From: Eledone cirrhosa
Taxonomy: Eukaryota
Direction: 5' to 3'
DNA: 64,000 nucleotides
Assembly: GCA_964016885.1 (NCBI GenBank)
Contig: OZ024759.1
Coordinates: 11,842,001-11,906,000, forward strand
Shown here: positions 28,151 to 41,544 of the stretch, piece by piece
How positions within the stretch are numbered: the first letter of the stretch is position 1
Layout: every line of letters begins with the position of its first letter
Position numbers and translations under genes: made by a program
The notes under the pieces: model-generated
What the model was told of the DNA's origin: nothing
The model's database searches: none
The model's input: only the letters and a program-made list of their open reading frames with translations

Positions 28151-29592
28151 TCACCCCTCCATTCTCCCTGTATCCCTGTCCTTCACCCTCCCAAAACCCA
28201 GTGTTACCTCCACCCCTTCCATTCTCCCTATCTCCCTGTCCTTCACCCTCCCAAAGACCCAGTGTTACCTCCACCCCTTCCATTCTCCCTATCTCCCTGT
28301 CCTTCACCCTCCCAAAGACCCAGTGTTACCTCCACCCCTTCCATTGTCACTATATCCCAGTCCTTCACCCTCCCAAAGATCCAGTGTTACCTCCACCCCT
28401 TCCATTGTCCCTATCTCCCTGTCCTTCACCCTCCCAAAGACCCAGTGTTACCTCCACCCCTTCCATTGTCCCTATATCCCTGTCCTTCACCCTCCCAAAG
28501 ACCCAGTGTTACCTCCACCCCTTCCATTCTCCCTATATCCCTGTCCTTCACCCTCCCAAAGACCCAGTGTTACCTCCACCCCTTCCATTCTCCCTATCTC
28601 TCTATCCTTCACCCTCCCAAAGACCCAGTGTTACCTCCACCCCTTCCATTGTCCCTATCTCCCTGTCCTTCACCCTCCCAAAGACCCAGTGTTACCTCCA
28701 CCCCTTCCATTCTCCCTATCTCCCTGTCCTTCACCCTCCCAAAGACCCAGTGTTACCTCCACCCCTTCCATTCTCCCTATCTCCCTGTCCTTCACCCTCC
28801 CAAAGACCCAGTGTTACCTCCACCCCTTCCATTCTCCCTATCTCCCTGTCCTTCACCCTCCCAAAGACCCAGTGTTACCTCCACCCCTTCCATTGTCTCT
28901 ATATCCCTGTCCTTCACCCTCCCAAAGACCCAGTGTTACCTCCACCCCTTCCATTCTCCCTATCTCCCTGTCCTTCACCCTCCCAAAGACCCAGTGTTAC
29001 CTCCACCCCTTCCATTCTCCCTATCTCCCTGTCCTTCACCCTCCCAAAGACCCAGTGTTACCTCCACCCCTTCCATTGTCCCTATCTCCCAGTCCTTCAC
29101 CCTCCCAAAGACCCAGTGTTACCTCCACCCCTTCCATTGTCCCTATCTCCCTGTCCTTCACCCTCCCAAAGACCCAGTGTTACCTCCACCCCTTCCATTG
29201 TCCCTATCTCCCTGTCCTTCACCCTCCCAAAGACCCAGTGTTACCTCCACCCCTTCCATTCTCCCTATCTCCCAGTCCTTCACCCTCCCAAAGACCCAGT
29301 GTTACCTCCACCCCTTCCATTGTCCCTATCTCCCTGTCCTTCACCCTCCCAAAGACCCAGTGTTACCTCCACCCCTTCCATTGTCCCTATCTCCCTGTCC
29401 TTCACCCTCCCAAAGACCCAGTGTTACCTCCACCCCTTCCATTGTCCCTATCTCCCAGTCCTTCACCCTCCCAAAGACCCAGTGTTACCTCCACCCCTTC
29501 CATTGTCCCTATCTCCCTGTCCTTCACCCTCCCAAAGACCCAGTGTTACCTCCACCCCTTCCATTGTCCCTATCTCCCTGTCCTTCACCCTT
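28150..29592. repeat. 61-bp minisatellite containing the 25-mer
   Basis: Unit ccttccattgtccctatctccctgt + ccttcaccctcccaaagacccagtgttacctccacc. Confidence 0.95.
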
Positions 29593-30007
29593 CACCATTG
29601 TTAACATATTATTAAATAATTAACTCCACTAGAAACAAGCTGCCATTCTAATCACATGAAACTAACCCAACCAATCCAATTTGTTAATAAGGGCATGTTT
29701 GTTGAAGCCAACATAATTTCTTTCAATACAATACTAATTATTTACTGTCTAGTTTTGTTATATATTATCATCTATTGATATTTCTGATGTTATCATATAT
29801 TGATATTGAATGTGATACTAATTATTTAGTGTCTTATGTTATCAAGTATTGATATTTGCTAACAAATATTTCAGTAATGCCAGTAGTTGGACTTTAGTTC
29901 TGCTCGAAAATAATATCGATTGTCTAATATATTACCTCTTTCACCCTCTTTCTCTCCATATATCTATGTATCTATCTATCTATATATACATATTATATAA
30001 TATTATC

Positions 30008-30102
<95 letters not shown>

Positions 30103-30231
30103 TATCTGTATATATATTGATCAGTATCTCTCCAAAATTGCTGACTGAATACGCAGGTTTTTTTCTCAATTTTTGTTTCTGTCTTCCTCTCACTCTCTAT
30201 CTTTATATTTCATCTTTTATTTCTCATTTTA

Positions 30232-30267
30232 TCTTCTGATGAAGGACTAACGTCTGAAACGTTAAGA
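30232..30267 (+). ncRNA. Minimal hammerhead, same family as 21945
   Basis: tctt-CTGATGA-A-GGAC-taac-GTCT-GAAA-CGTT-aaga. Confidence 0.68.
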
Positions 30268-30468
30268 CTCTTTTCCTATTATTTCAAGCGTTAAACTAAT
30301 ATATTTGTTCCTTGTACTGTGCCATTTGCTTTGTTATTTCTATTTACTTTATATATATATATATATATATATATTATACATATATATATAATATATATTA
30401 TACATATATATATATAATATATATATATATAATATATATATATAATATATATATATATAATATATATT

Positions 30469-30538
<70 letters not shown>

Positions 30539-30585
30539 TATATATAAAGTACAGAACAATCAAATTTATGTTTAATACATTTTAT

Positions 30586-30632
30586 TGCTGACAATCGTTT
30601 CTTCCAAACAGCCGTTTGGAATCATCAGAGCA
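30586..30632 (-). ncRNA. Type I hammerhead ribozyme
   Basis: Reverse complement: tgct-CTGATGA-TTCCAAAC-ggct-GTTTGGAA-GAAA-C-gatt-GTC-agca. Confidence 0.75.
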
Positions 30633-31275
30633 TTGGCAAAGTTTAAATACATAATTAAATTCCTATTCTACAGAACAATCATAAAGATACGTTGATATTA
30701 TTATTGCTATCAATAGTGTCATATTCAAAGAGAGTGAAGATGTTGTGGTCTGTAGCAATGGGTATAATAAAGATTATAAAAGAAGGTTAGTCGCAAAGGA
30801 GGACATTATTGGTACATAGGCATATAGACAGTAAGAGTGCAGAGGTATCAAGCATATACAGAATAATATAGTAAAGAAAGCAGAGGTATTAAGTATATAC
30901 AGAATAATATGGCAAAGATATCACAAAATATAGGTGTAATAGGATATTAAGCAGCCATGAATGCATGGGTAGAATATAAGGTGAAAATTGTGAAGCAACT
31001 AGTGTAGTATACATATACAGAGTTTCGTTGATGCATGTGTTGACAGTGGGTCAGATGAAGTACACAACAGCTTTACTTCTGCTTGCCTTGTTTATTTAAT
31101 TATTTTCATCTGATCCACTGTCAACGCATGCATAATCTTTATTATACCATTGCTACAGACCACAACATCTTCACTCTCTTTGAATATGACACTATTGATA
31201 GCAACAATAATATCGACGTATCTTTATGATTGTTCTGTAGAATAGGAATTTAATTATGTATTTAAACTTTGCCAA

Positions 31276-31322
31276 TGCTCTGATGATTCCAAACGGCTGT
31301 TTGGAAGAAACGATAGTCAGCA
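31276..31322 (+). ncRNA. Type I hammerhead ribozyme, same strand as unc-13
   Basis: tgct-CTGATGA-TTCCAAAC-ggct-GTTTGGAA-GAAA-C-gata-GTC-agca; GUC triplet. Confidence 0.78.
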
Positions 31323-31592
31323 ATAAAATGTATTAAACATAGATTTAATTGTTCTGTACTTTATATTCCTGCTCTGTAATACATCTGATGTATTTACATT
31401 GAGCTATTTCTCATGTTGGTAATAAGGTGGTAAAAAATAAAAAATACTGACCTTTCTTATTTATAATTATATACAGTTTATATATAAGTACAAATAATAT
31501 TATTATTATTATTATATATATATAAGTTATTCCGGGTTGAATCGGAAGTAACCACAGTAAGTAAGGTACTCAATACATAGCAGAGTATAAAA

Positions 31593-31757
31593 GTTTTAAT
31601 ATAGAAGAGCTTCTACAGGACGAGAACTGTTTCATTCGTGAGAAATCATCAATAAGCTGGCTGTCCAAGTAAATGGTAGTATTTATATCTTTCCTTATCT
31701 GGTGGTAATTGGGAGGGGTGGGGATTGGGATGGGTGGAGGTTATTGCTTGAAGGATT
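31593..31757 (-). repeat. Penelope-like end with decayed hammerhead; inverted partner at 35654-35813
   Basis: Reverse-complement match; family consensus agcttc-CTGATGA-tTTCtcacGAAt-GAAA-CAG..CTG-TA-gaagct. Confidence 0.65.
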
Positions 31758-32423
31758 TAAAGAAAAGGGAGTTCATTAAAAGCTAATTCTTAAAAGCTAT
31801 AATATTAACAAAGGCAGAAAGAATACTGTAAACAAATTCAAAATTGGAATAGCAACCCTAGTTTATCTCTTAACAATGCCTGTAAGACAGGTGTCTACAA
31901 GATGGGTGGGGTTCATTGGTTTAAAGAAAAGGGAAATTCTTTAGAAGGAAACAGGAAACCAAGATGGCGACAATGAAGGTCGCTTGACCACGTCTTGACC
32001 AAACAAAATATAATATTTTCACCAAAAACTGCCCTTTAAACACATGTCAGATGGATTACAATATTCATTATTACAATTACTTTGACTGTTCCCTGACAAC
32101 TAGTACCAGCTTCAACATAGAATTATTTTAACGAAGTATATTTAATTTGACTTGATTTTCGCCAACAAACCACGTGTGGACATGGACGGGGGAAAAGGGG
32201 AAAAAACAAACAAATCACTACATCCCTTAGGGATAGCAGTAAGTACTTCACAAAACATATAAACAACAATATACACACAGATTTATATGCAGATATATAC
32301 CATATGCATATACACACGTGAAAAGAAACCACACTATTTCGTGTGAGACACTATACCGGCCAATCTTACGTACATTGGTAAAATATCTCAGGACATTGAC
32401 TTCGCTTCTAACCCATATACACC

Positions 32424-32473
<50 letters not shown>

Positions 32474-32789
32474 TAGCAGCTGAAAGTTAATAATGTGAAA
32501 AATATTATTGAAAGTTTATTATAAAGAAACAGTATCAGGTAAAAAACGTTATTTCGCTGTTAATAAACTGTTGCCTTCTACAGTACGTTTCATTTAACTT
32601 ACGCAGCATATTTATTTGTTTACATGCACAGACTCTTCTGTACACACACAACATTTAGGAAAACGGAAACAAAATACACAAAAAAAACAAAACAAAAAAG
32701 ACATTTTGTTTCTATCGTAATCATGTGCGCTAAACCTATATTGTTTACATTCTGTGTTTTTCTACGGATGGGTAGAAATAACAAAATTG

Positions 32790-35440
32790 CCATGGTGATA
32801 TCCATGAAAACCACATCTGCCATATCCATGGTGATATCCATGAAAACCACATCTGCCATATCTGTGCGGAATCCGAAAACTCGTTCCGTAATCGCTGGGT
32901 CGAATGTGGAACCTGTCACATCTCTGTCTGCCTTCAATGCGCCACAGGCTTCCGGAGGATCCCAGGCCAAAAAAAGAGACATCATAATGCTATGATGGAT
33001 GGAATCTGGGAGATGGTCCAGCTAAAATCCTGGTCCTTTTAGTGCCTGGCCTGTGTGCCTGCCTCCACTAATGTTATTGAAAAACAAAAACAACAACAAA
33101 AACCAATGACTGTGTCTTCCTCTACCATTGTTACTGAACAACGGCAAAAACCTATGACACTGGCTTCTGCTGCTATTCCTGTGGGAGAACATCAGAAACA
33201 ACAACAACCCATGTCTTCCGCTCCCACTACATCTCGACACCAACAACCTGCGACTGTGTCTTCCCCTACCATTCCCGTGGAGGAACATCATCATCACCAA
33301 CAACAACAACAACAACAACCGACCAGTACAGATTTTGCAGAATTGCAACTAATGATTTCTGCTTTAAAAAGGGAAGTAACAGGAATAAATGCAAGCATTC
33401 GGGTAGGACCCCACAACGAGGGGTCTTATCGGAATGCCTTGCTAAAGAATCTCCCTGTACCTCTTGCCGTATCTGGCCACACTGAAATGACTGCGGAATC
33501 TGCTACCCATGAAGTGATTGCCATTGTTGTACCAGAGGACAAGGCTGATCTTCAGGCATTTGCTGCCAGCTCAGCGAAAGACCTAGGCTGTGTTCCCCCA
33601 AAGGGTGCTCTCCTCCTTGGTCGACCTGGTCCAAATCCCAGACTCATCAGGCTGTCTTTTTCGGACCCCGCTGAAGCAACCTCATATCATCTGGCCTCTG
33701 TTAAAGCTGGGCATGAAAATCGGATTACCTTCCGAACACGCCCAGGCCTACCACCCCATGTACGTCCAAAGCTCCGTGCTGCAGCTTCCTTGAATCGGAA
33801 CTCAGCACAATATGAAAGTTTTAGTCTGCGTGATGATGGGCAGATCTGGAGGTTTGTCAAGGCTGGTGAAACGTGGAAGAGAGATGCCAGCTGGTCTGAG
33901 TGTGATCTACCCACAATAACTGGCAATGTAAAAACTGCTATAACTCTGGGAAACTAAACCAGAACAACCTGCCACCCTCTACACACCATTATAAACTGCG
34001 AGCAGGGTACAAATTGTTGTCCTTAAATGCTCGCAGTTTATGCAACAAGATACATCTGTTTGAATCCTACGTCAGAAGCATCGACCCTGACTTCATCACA
34101 GTCACAGAAACATGGGCACATTCCTTACTCTGTGATGGGGTTTTCAGCATTACTGGGTACAACCTTTTCCGCAAGGACCGCATTAATCGCCGTGGTGGTG
34201 GTGTGATGGTCTACGTTCGTTCAAACTTTTCGGTAATTCCTTGCATTGATTTGAACGAATCACAGGAAGAAGTTTTTTTTCTGTGACATACGTATGACCA
34301 TGTCAACACTTCTGCTTGGTGTTGTTTATCGCCCCCCCAAACTACCATCAGGACACACAGCTTTGCGATATCCTCAGAGTTGCTGCCAAGAAAACAGCCA
34401 CTTATGTGTTTATTGCAGGTGACTTCAATCATCCTGAGATCGATTGGGAAACCTTTCGTTGGCCACAAGGTGCAAACGATTTCCTTGAACTAGTGCTGGA
34501 CTCAAACTGGTCACAAGTAGCCACCTCTCCAACAAGAGGTGACAACACTTTGGACCTGATCTTCACCACTACTCCTGAAGTGGTTATCAGTTGTACTACT
34601 GAGGAACCTCTAGGCGACTCTGATCATGCTATGATCATTGCTAATCTGGCACTTGAGGGCGGCAACAAAAACCAGAACCATCTCCAATCTGCTTGCTTTG
34701 ATTGGAAGAGGGCGGATTGGAACTTGTACTGCACTGAGCTACAGCGCCCAAACTGGCATGAGATGTATAACTCTGGAGATGTGAACACTATACTCCAGAG
34801 CATCCTGGACTCAATATGGATAGCGTGTGCAGCATCGGTGCCACGTAAGCGGAAAAATAACCACCCCAAAAGTGCAATTTGGGAAACTTCAGCGGTCCGA
34901 CTTGTCGGAATGATGAACGGGAATATAAACTGCATAGATCAGATGCCAACAGAAAAAGGCGGAATAAATCTTCTAACCATCTCAAGCAAGTGACAAAGAA
35001 GGCAGTGCTTGAATTTGAACAGTGCATAGCAACCAATCCTGACAGTAAGGTGTTCTGGAAATATGTTCATTCAAAGCAGAGACCTCACTCTCCAGTTGGT
35101 CCTCTTCGCAATCCCCACACAAGCCAGATCACTGACGATCCCAAAGAATGCGCAGAACTCATTGCTGAGTGCGTCAGTTGTTAGCTGCCGAGACACTGCA
35201 TCCTTTAAGACACTCATGCTTCCCGAAATACGCCAAAACTACACCTTCGATACACATGCACACATGTGTGTATCATGCACACATGTGTGTATCATGCACA
35301 CATGTGTGTATCATGACTCGTGCACTGTTCATTTTACTGATGTTTGTGCATTACCCTATGTACTGTACATGCACTTTTTGATGAGTTGTGGTGCACCTAA
35401 GCACTGTACACAATATTTCATTATTGTTATTGTTATTATA
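32790..35440 (+). mobile_element. CR1-like LINE, internally deleted: PHD-finger ORF1, APE endonuclease and 3' UTR, no reverse transcriptase
   Basis: ORF1 CHIC..WVECGTC..CLQC..CLAC (TAG at 33040), open to 33957; ORF2 LNARS, VTETW, RGGGV, GDFN, TRGDNTLDL, SDH with frameshifts; jumps near 35170 to the C-terminal tail and (att)n end. Confidence 0.88.
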
Positions 35441-35862
35441 TCATGACTCATACACTGTTCATTTCCCTGACATTTGTACATTATTCTATGTACTATACAT
35501 GCACCTTTGATGAGTTGTAGTGCACCTGAGCACTGTACATAATAATTTCATTATATTATTATAAGCTAATTCTTTAAGGCTGAAGTAAGGGTGACAAAGG
35601 CAGATTCAAGTGTTGGGGTGAGACCCCTTATTGTGAAGTTTCTCTTAATATATATCCTTCAACCAATGACCACCACCCATCCCAATCCCCACCCTCTCCT
35701 ACCACCAGATAAAGAAAGATATAAATACTACCATTTACTTGGACAGCCAGCTTCCTGTGATTTCTCACGAATGAAACAGTTCTAGTCCTGTAGAAGCTCT
35801 TCTATATTAAAACATATATATATATATTATATATATTATACATATATATATATATATTATAC

Positions 35863-35893
<31 letters not shown>

Positions 35894-36537
35894 ATATATA
35901 TAATATATATATGCAAAAGTTCTATTTAAATTGTTGGGATACAACAAACAAATATTTTTATAACTGATATAAAGCACTCAACAAGTATTTGGAGTAGATA
36001 TACGATATTAACAAATGGAAACTATATTTATAAAACCATATTCTGATGTCTTCCAAAAGTAACGGTCGCATTTTGAAAGGGTACGTCAATGTTTATTTAT
36101 AAAACTGGTATATATTGTATTTTGTCTGATGAAGGCATACCATAATTTAACTTGGTATCCTTGAAATATGTATAATGAAATAAATATGGTTTTATAAATA
36201 TAGTTTCCATTTGTATATAATATATATATATATTTTTCATTTATATATATTTTTATATATATTTATATATATTTTTCATTTATATATATATATGTATAAT
36301 ATATATATATATTGTATTGTTTATTATACATTAAATTTAGCTCTGTAACTTACATAGAGCACTCTTCACTCCTATGACTTTTTCAATTTTCAACGGAAAC
36401 TTCAATACTTATAATATATATATATATATAATATATATATATATATAATATATATATATATAATATATATATATATAATATATATATATATATTATATAT
36501 ATATACTCTATTAACCCTATTTTCTCTCTCTTTTCAG

Positions 36538-36679
36538 TTATTTGTGCTCAGGGCCTTATAGGTAAAGATAAAACCGGCACCAGTGACCCTTACGTCACTG
36601 TGCAAGTAGGTAAAGTGAAGAAACGGACTAAGACAGTGCCTCAAGACCTAAATCCTGTTTGGACTGAAAAATTCTATTT
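36538..36679 (+). CDS. unc-13: UNC-13/Munc13 exon, start of C2B domain
   Basis: ttttcag acceptor, gtaaat donor; translates (V)[46 protein letters not shown](F), matching the Munc13 C2B KDK..SDPY motif. Confidence 0.96.
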
Positions 36680-37059
36680 GTAAATATTTTTAAAATATTT
36701 AAATTTTATTTTATTTTATTTATAAGGGACGACTCGAAAGTTCATAGGCTGACCAAGATACAGTCATGAAATAACTAAATGAGGTTTATTTTTCAACATA
36801 GTCCCTGAAAAGAAACAATGCAGTTATTAATAAGAGTTGAAATTAATACATACAAGATTTCACAGCTCTAGCATCACTCCTTCATAGTCAGCCTATGAAC
36901 TTTTCAGTTGACCCTCATATGTGAATATCTATGGCCTAGGGGTTAGTTAAGGTGTTGGATTCCTGTTCATATGGTTGTGGGTTTGGTTCCTGGACTGAGT
37001 GGTCTATTGTGTTCTTGAGCAAGATGGTTTAGTTTTTGTTGTTGTTTTTTATGCTAGGA

Positions 37060-37460
37060 CTCGGGTCCCTATCAGTAAAACACCCAAAAAACCTCCTATA
37101 AGGTACAACCTTGTAGGAGACCAGCTAAACCTACATATGTGTGAGCTGTAATAACATGATAGGGATGGGTCCCTATCAGTAAAATACTCAAGAAACCTCC
37201 CATGAGAAGTAACCACACAGGAGACCAGCTAAACCTAATTGGTGTGAGCTGTAATAACATGATAGGGATGGGGTCCCTATCATTAACATACCCAAGAAAC
37301 CTCCTATGAGATGCAACCTTGTAGGAGGCCAGCTAAACCTACATATGTGTGAGCTGTAACAACATGATAAGGCTGGGGTCCCTATCAGTAAAACACCCAA
37401 GAACCTATAAGATACAACCTTGTAGAAGGCCAGCTAAACCTACATAGTTGTGACCTGTAA
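37060..37460. repeat. About 104-bp degenerate tandem repeat, 4 units
   Basis: gggtccctatca at about 37063, 37167, 37272 and 37376. Confidence 0.8.
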
Positions 37461-38365
37461 CATTTCATGTTTTCATTTCATCATCATCATCATCATCACA
37501 ATGAGGAAGGGTGAGATGACAACTTCTTTCCATTCTATGACTGTTGTTACAAAGTTAATTACTTTGACATAGAAAACGCAATGCACCAATTTAACCCCTT
37601 CTCACAAGTATTTCAGTTTATTGAGCACTAATTTAGCAATCCACCTGAAACTATCCTTCTTTCCATGGTACAAAACTGTTTTAACCCTTTAGCATTCAAA
37701 CTGGCCATATCTGGCCCGAATTCTTTCACCTCTTTCTGTTCAAACTGGCTATAACCAGTTGCTCATCTAACATTAAGGTATTTTTTCTCAAAATAAATGA
37801 TATCTCATGGGGTTCCATAACCCTTTAGCATTTACATTACTCCTTTGCTATCAAAAGAGTTTGTTAACCCTTTAGTATTTACTCTATATTTACTATTGTA
37901 TTTTCACGGTAAAGTCTTTACCTCACATAATTATCTCACATAATATCGGATCTATGAGATTTTGATATTATTTATTGAGCCACCTTGAATTAATATGTAA
38001 TATTGTTTATATGAGGCAGGAAATTGTCAGAATTGTTAGAACATCAGATAGAATGCCTTGTGGTATTCATTTCTGCTCTCTAAGTTGAAACCCCACGAAG
38101 GTCAACTTTACCTTTCACCCATTTAAGGACAATAAAAAACATACCAGTCAAGTACTGGGGTCAATTCTTCCTCTATATCTCTTTCTCACTTCCTATCACT
38201 CTCTATTCTTCGGAAGATATCTGCTTAGACCTGGAAAGGAGATGGGTTCAGCCAGATTTTAAAATCCCCTAGAAATAGCATATGTCAATAAGGTGCCTCT
38301 ACGGCTCCCTCGCGAGTTATGGGTCCATACATGTATTGTTTATATATTTTTATATCTTATTTCAG

Positions 38366-38407
38366 TGAATGCCACAATTCTTCAGACAGAATCAAGGTCA
38401 GAGTTTG
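38366..38407 (+). CDS. unc-13: UNC-13 exon (C2B)
   Basis: ttcag/gtgagt; (F)ECHNSSDRIKVRV(W); phase 2-2 fits neighbours. Confidence 0.95.
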
Positions 38408-39069
38408 GTGAGTAAAAATATCTTCTCCATATCACAATATACTTTCAATTAACATACAAGTGGCTGAGCACTCCACAAACATGTGTACCCTTAATGTAAT
38501 TCTCAGAGAGATTCAGCATGAAGGGCTCTATCAGTTCCAACACAAGTGCTCCAGTTGCTTTAAACAATGGAATAACCTGCTTCTAAAATTAAGCTGACCC
38601 TCTCCATAAAATTGGAATGAGAGCAGCCCATCTGAAGAAGAAGCCCCACGAGGTGGGGGTGGCTATTGTCTGCGGAAATACCACAGGGCACAGCTGAAAC
38701 ACCACTCTGTCTTAGGTGTAGAGTCTGTCACCCCTTTCTTTTGTTGCCTTATAATCCTTGTTCTTCCCCTCCTTTTCCTCTCATAGCATTTATAGTTCTT
38801 TCCAATGTTTCTTTCTTTTCCCTATGTTTGACTAAATATTAAATACTTTATTATTTTTATGTAATTTTATCCTAGGAATATATTTGAGGATTTTGAAATT
38901 AATTTTATTTTATGGAAGAAACATGTTAAAGAAAGTAAACCCCTATTGAGAAAGACCTAAAGTTTCTTTTTTAAATATTTCTTTCTTTCTCTCACTCTCT
39001 CTTTCACTCCTCCTTCCTCTTTCCTTCGCTCTCTTTCTTTCTTCATGTATTCGTTGTTTATCATTCCAG

Positions 39070-39197
39070 GGATGAAGATAATGATCTGAAATCAAAACTG
39101 AGGCAAAAGCTGACCAGGGAATCAGATGATTTCTTGGGACAGACAATCATTGAAGTTCGAACACTCAGTGGAGAAATGGACGTCTGGTATAACTTAG
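39070..39197 (+). CDS. unc-13: UNC-13 exon (C2B Ca2+-binding loop 3)
   Basis: ttccag/gtaaat; (W)[42 protein letters not shown]. Confidence 0.96.
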
Positions 39198-40160
39198 GTA
39201 AATACCCCATTTCTTATACACAAGGTTTTGATAGAACTCTTGTATAACTTAGGTAAACACCTACATTTATTATACACAAGGTTTTGATAGAACTCTTGTA
39301 TAACTTAAGTAAACACCTACATTTCTTATACACAAGGTTTTGATAGAACTCTGGTATGACTTAGGTAAACACCCCATTTATTATACACAAGGTTTTGATA
39401 GAATTCTGGTATGACTTAGGTAAACACCCTATTTCTTATACACAAGGCTTTGATAGAACTCTGGTATAGTTTAGGTAAACACCCTCCATTTCTTATACAC
39501 AAGGTTTTGATAGAACTCTGGTATAGTTTAGGTAAACACCTCCATTTCTTATACACAAGGTTTTGATAGAACTCTGGTATAGTTTAGGTAAACACCTCCA
39601 TTTCTTATACACAAGGTTCTGATAGAACTCTGGTATGACTTAGGTAAACACCCCATTTATTATACACAAGGTTTTGATAGAACTCTTGTATAACTTAGGT
39701 AAACACCCTCCATTTATTATACACAAGGTTTTGGTAGAACTCTTGTATAGTTTAGGTAAACACCTCCATTTCTTATACACAAGGTTTTGATAGAACTCTG
39801 GTATAGTTTAGGTAAACACCTCCATTTCTTATACACAAGGTTTTGATAGACCTCTGGTATGACTTAGGTAAACACCCTCCATTTCTTATACACAAGGTTT
39901 TGATAGAACTCTAGTATAGTTTAGGTAAACACCTCCATTTATTATACACAAGGTTTTGATAGAACTCTGGTATAGTTTAGGTAAACACCCTCCATTTCTT
40001 ATACACAAGGTTTTGATAGAACTCTTGTATAGTTTAGGTAAACACCTCCATTTCTTATACACAAGGTTTTGATAGAACTCTGGTATGACTTAGGTAAACA
40101 CCTCCATTTCTTATACACAAGGTTTTGATAGAACTCTGGTATGACTTAGGTAAACACCCC
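39184..40160 (+). repeat. About 56-bp minisatellite that includes the exon end and splice donor
   Basis: ct(g/t)gtat(aac/agt/gac)ttag|gtaaac repeated about 17 times. Confidence 0.93.
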
Positions 40161-40429
40161 TCCCTCCACCTTTTATATTTCTTATAGAGAGGGTTTTCAT
40201 CCCCCTCCATTTTTGCCTTTGTTTCTTATACACAGAGTTTTGGCAAACTGTGGCTCCCGACCCCTTTGTAGGTCACAAAATAAATAAAACAGGTCTGCAT
40301 TACTAGGGGTTTCATAGACATAAACACTCCTGGTAATGGGGGCAATATAATCTACTTGTATCACCCCCACCCCACCTCACCCCAATAAAACAATCTCTGG
40401 CTTCAGGCCTAAATTAGAAAACATTATAG

Positions 40430-41178
40430 AGTTACGGTCCTTTATGGTCTGAGTTCAAATCCCGCCGAGGTTAATTTTGCCTTTCATCCTTACGGGGTCG
40501 ATAAAATAAAGTACCAGTAATGTACTGGGGTAATTGCTGGCCTTGTGCCAAACGTAGAAACAATTGTTACGACATGAAGCTGATGGATTGGCAGAATCGG
40601 TAGAGCGTCCAACCACATTCTTTGTAGCATAGTTTCAACCCTTTACAACCTGAGTTCAAATCCTGCAGAGGTTAATCTTTGCCTTTCATCTTTACGGGGG
40701 TCGATAAAAGAAAGTACCAGTAATGTACTGGGGTTCAATTAATTGACGTTCCCTTTCCCAAAAATTTGTTGACCTTGTGCCTAAATCAGATGTCATTCCC
40801 AATTGGTAGAGCGGTGGATTGGTAGTATCGGTAGAGAGTCGGACATCATGCTTTCCCATAGAGTTACGTCCCTTTACGGACTGAGTCCAAATCCCGCCAA
40901 GGTTAACTTTGCCTTTCATCCTTACCGGGTCGATAAAATAAAGTACCAGTAATGCACTGGGTAATTGCTGGCCTGTGCCAAAAGTAGAAACAATTATTAA
41001 TTGGTAGAGCATCAGGCACCATGCTTTGCAGCATAGAGTTATGGCTCTTTACGTTCTGAGTTCAAATCCCGCCGAGGTTAACTTTACCTTTCATCCTTAC
41101 GGGGTCGATAAAATAAAGTACCAGTAATAAACTGGGATAATTGCTGGCCTTGTGCCTAAATCAGAAACAATTATTATT
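40430..41178 (+). mobile_element. Head-to-tail array of four family N SINEs
   Basis: Consensus repeated at about 40430, 40580, 40810 and 41000. Confidence 0.85.
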
Positions 41179-41544
41179 AAAGACATTGAACAGGATTTTA
41201 AAAGCCATCTTGTAGAAATTCCAGATGTGTTGATTGTGATTGATCTGTGTTGCTATGATTGGTAATGTTTTCAAGCAACTGTATCAATAGTAGCACAATA
41301 CATATCTGTTCAATATACATATTTGATTGATATTTTATATTTTATATTTGTATTGATTTGAGGATAAAAAACAAAACAACAAAAGAACAAATAAATAGCT
41401 TGTAGTTAGTGTAACTATATATATATATATATACTGTATATATATATATATATATATCATCACCATCATCATCGTTTAAGGTCTATCTTCCACGTTAGCA
41501 TGGGTTAGACGGTACATTCATATATATATATATATATATCATCA

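Larger units (their letters stand above)
30544..31366. mobile_element. Inverted Penelope-like terminal repeats, about 235-bp arms, one hammerhead per arm
   Basis: 30544-30777 is the reverse complement of 31132-31366; inner inverted repeat 31031-31059/31105-31133. Confidence 0.75.

Noticed and set aside
27491-29623. Pro/Ser-rich ORFs of 488-710 aa
   Set aside because: All three frames are open because of the 61-bp satellite
32472-32790. Possible Helitron-like end upstream of the LINE
   Set aside because: No diagnostic hairpin or second copy visible
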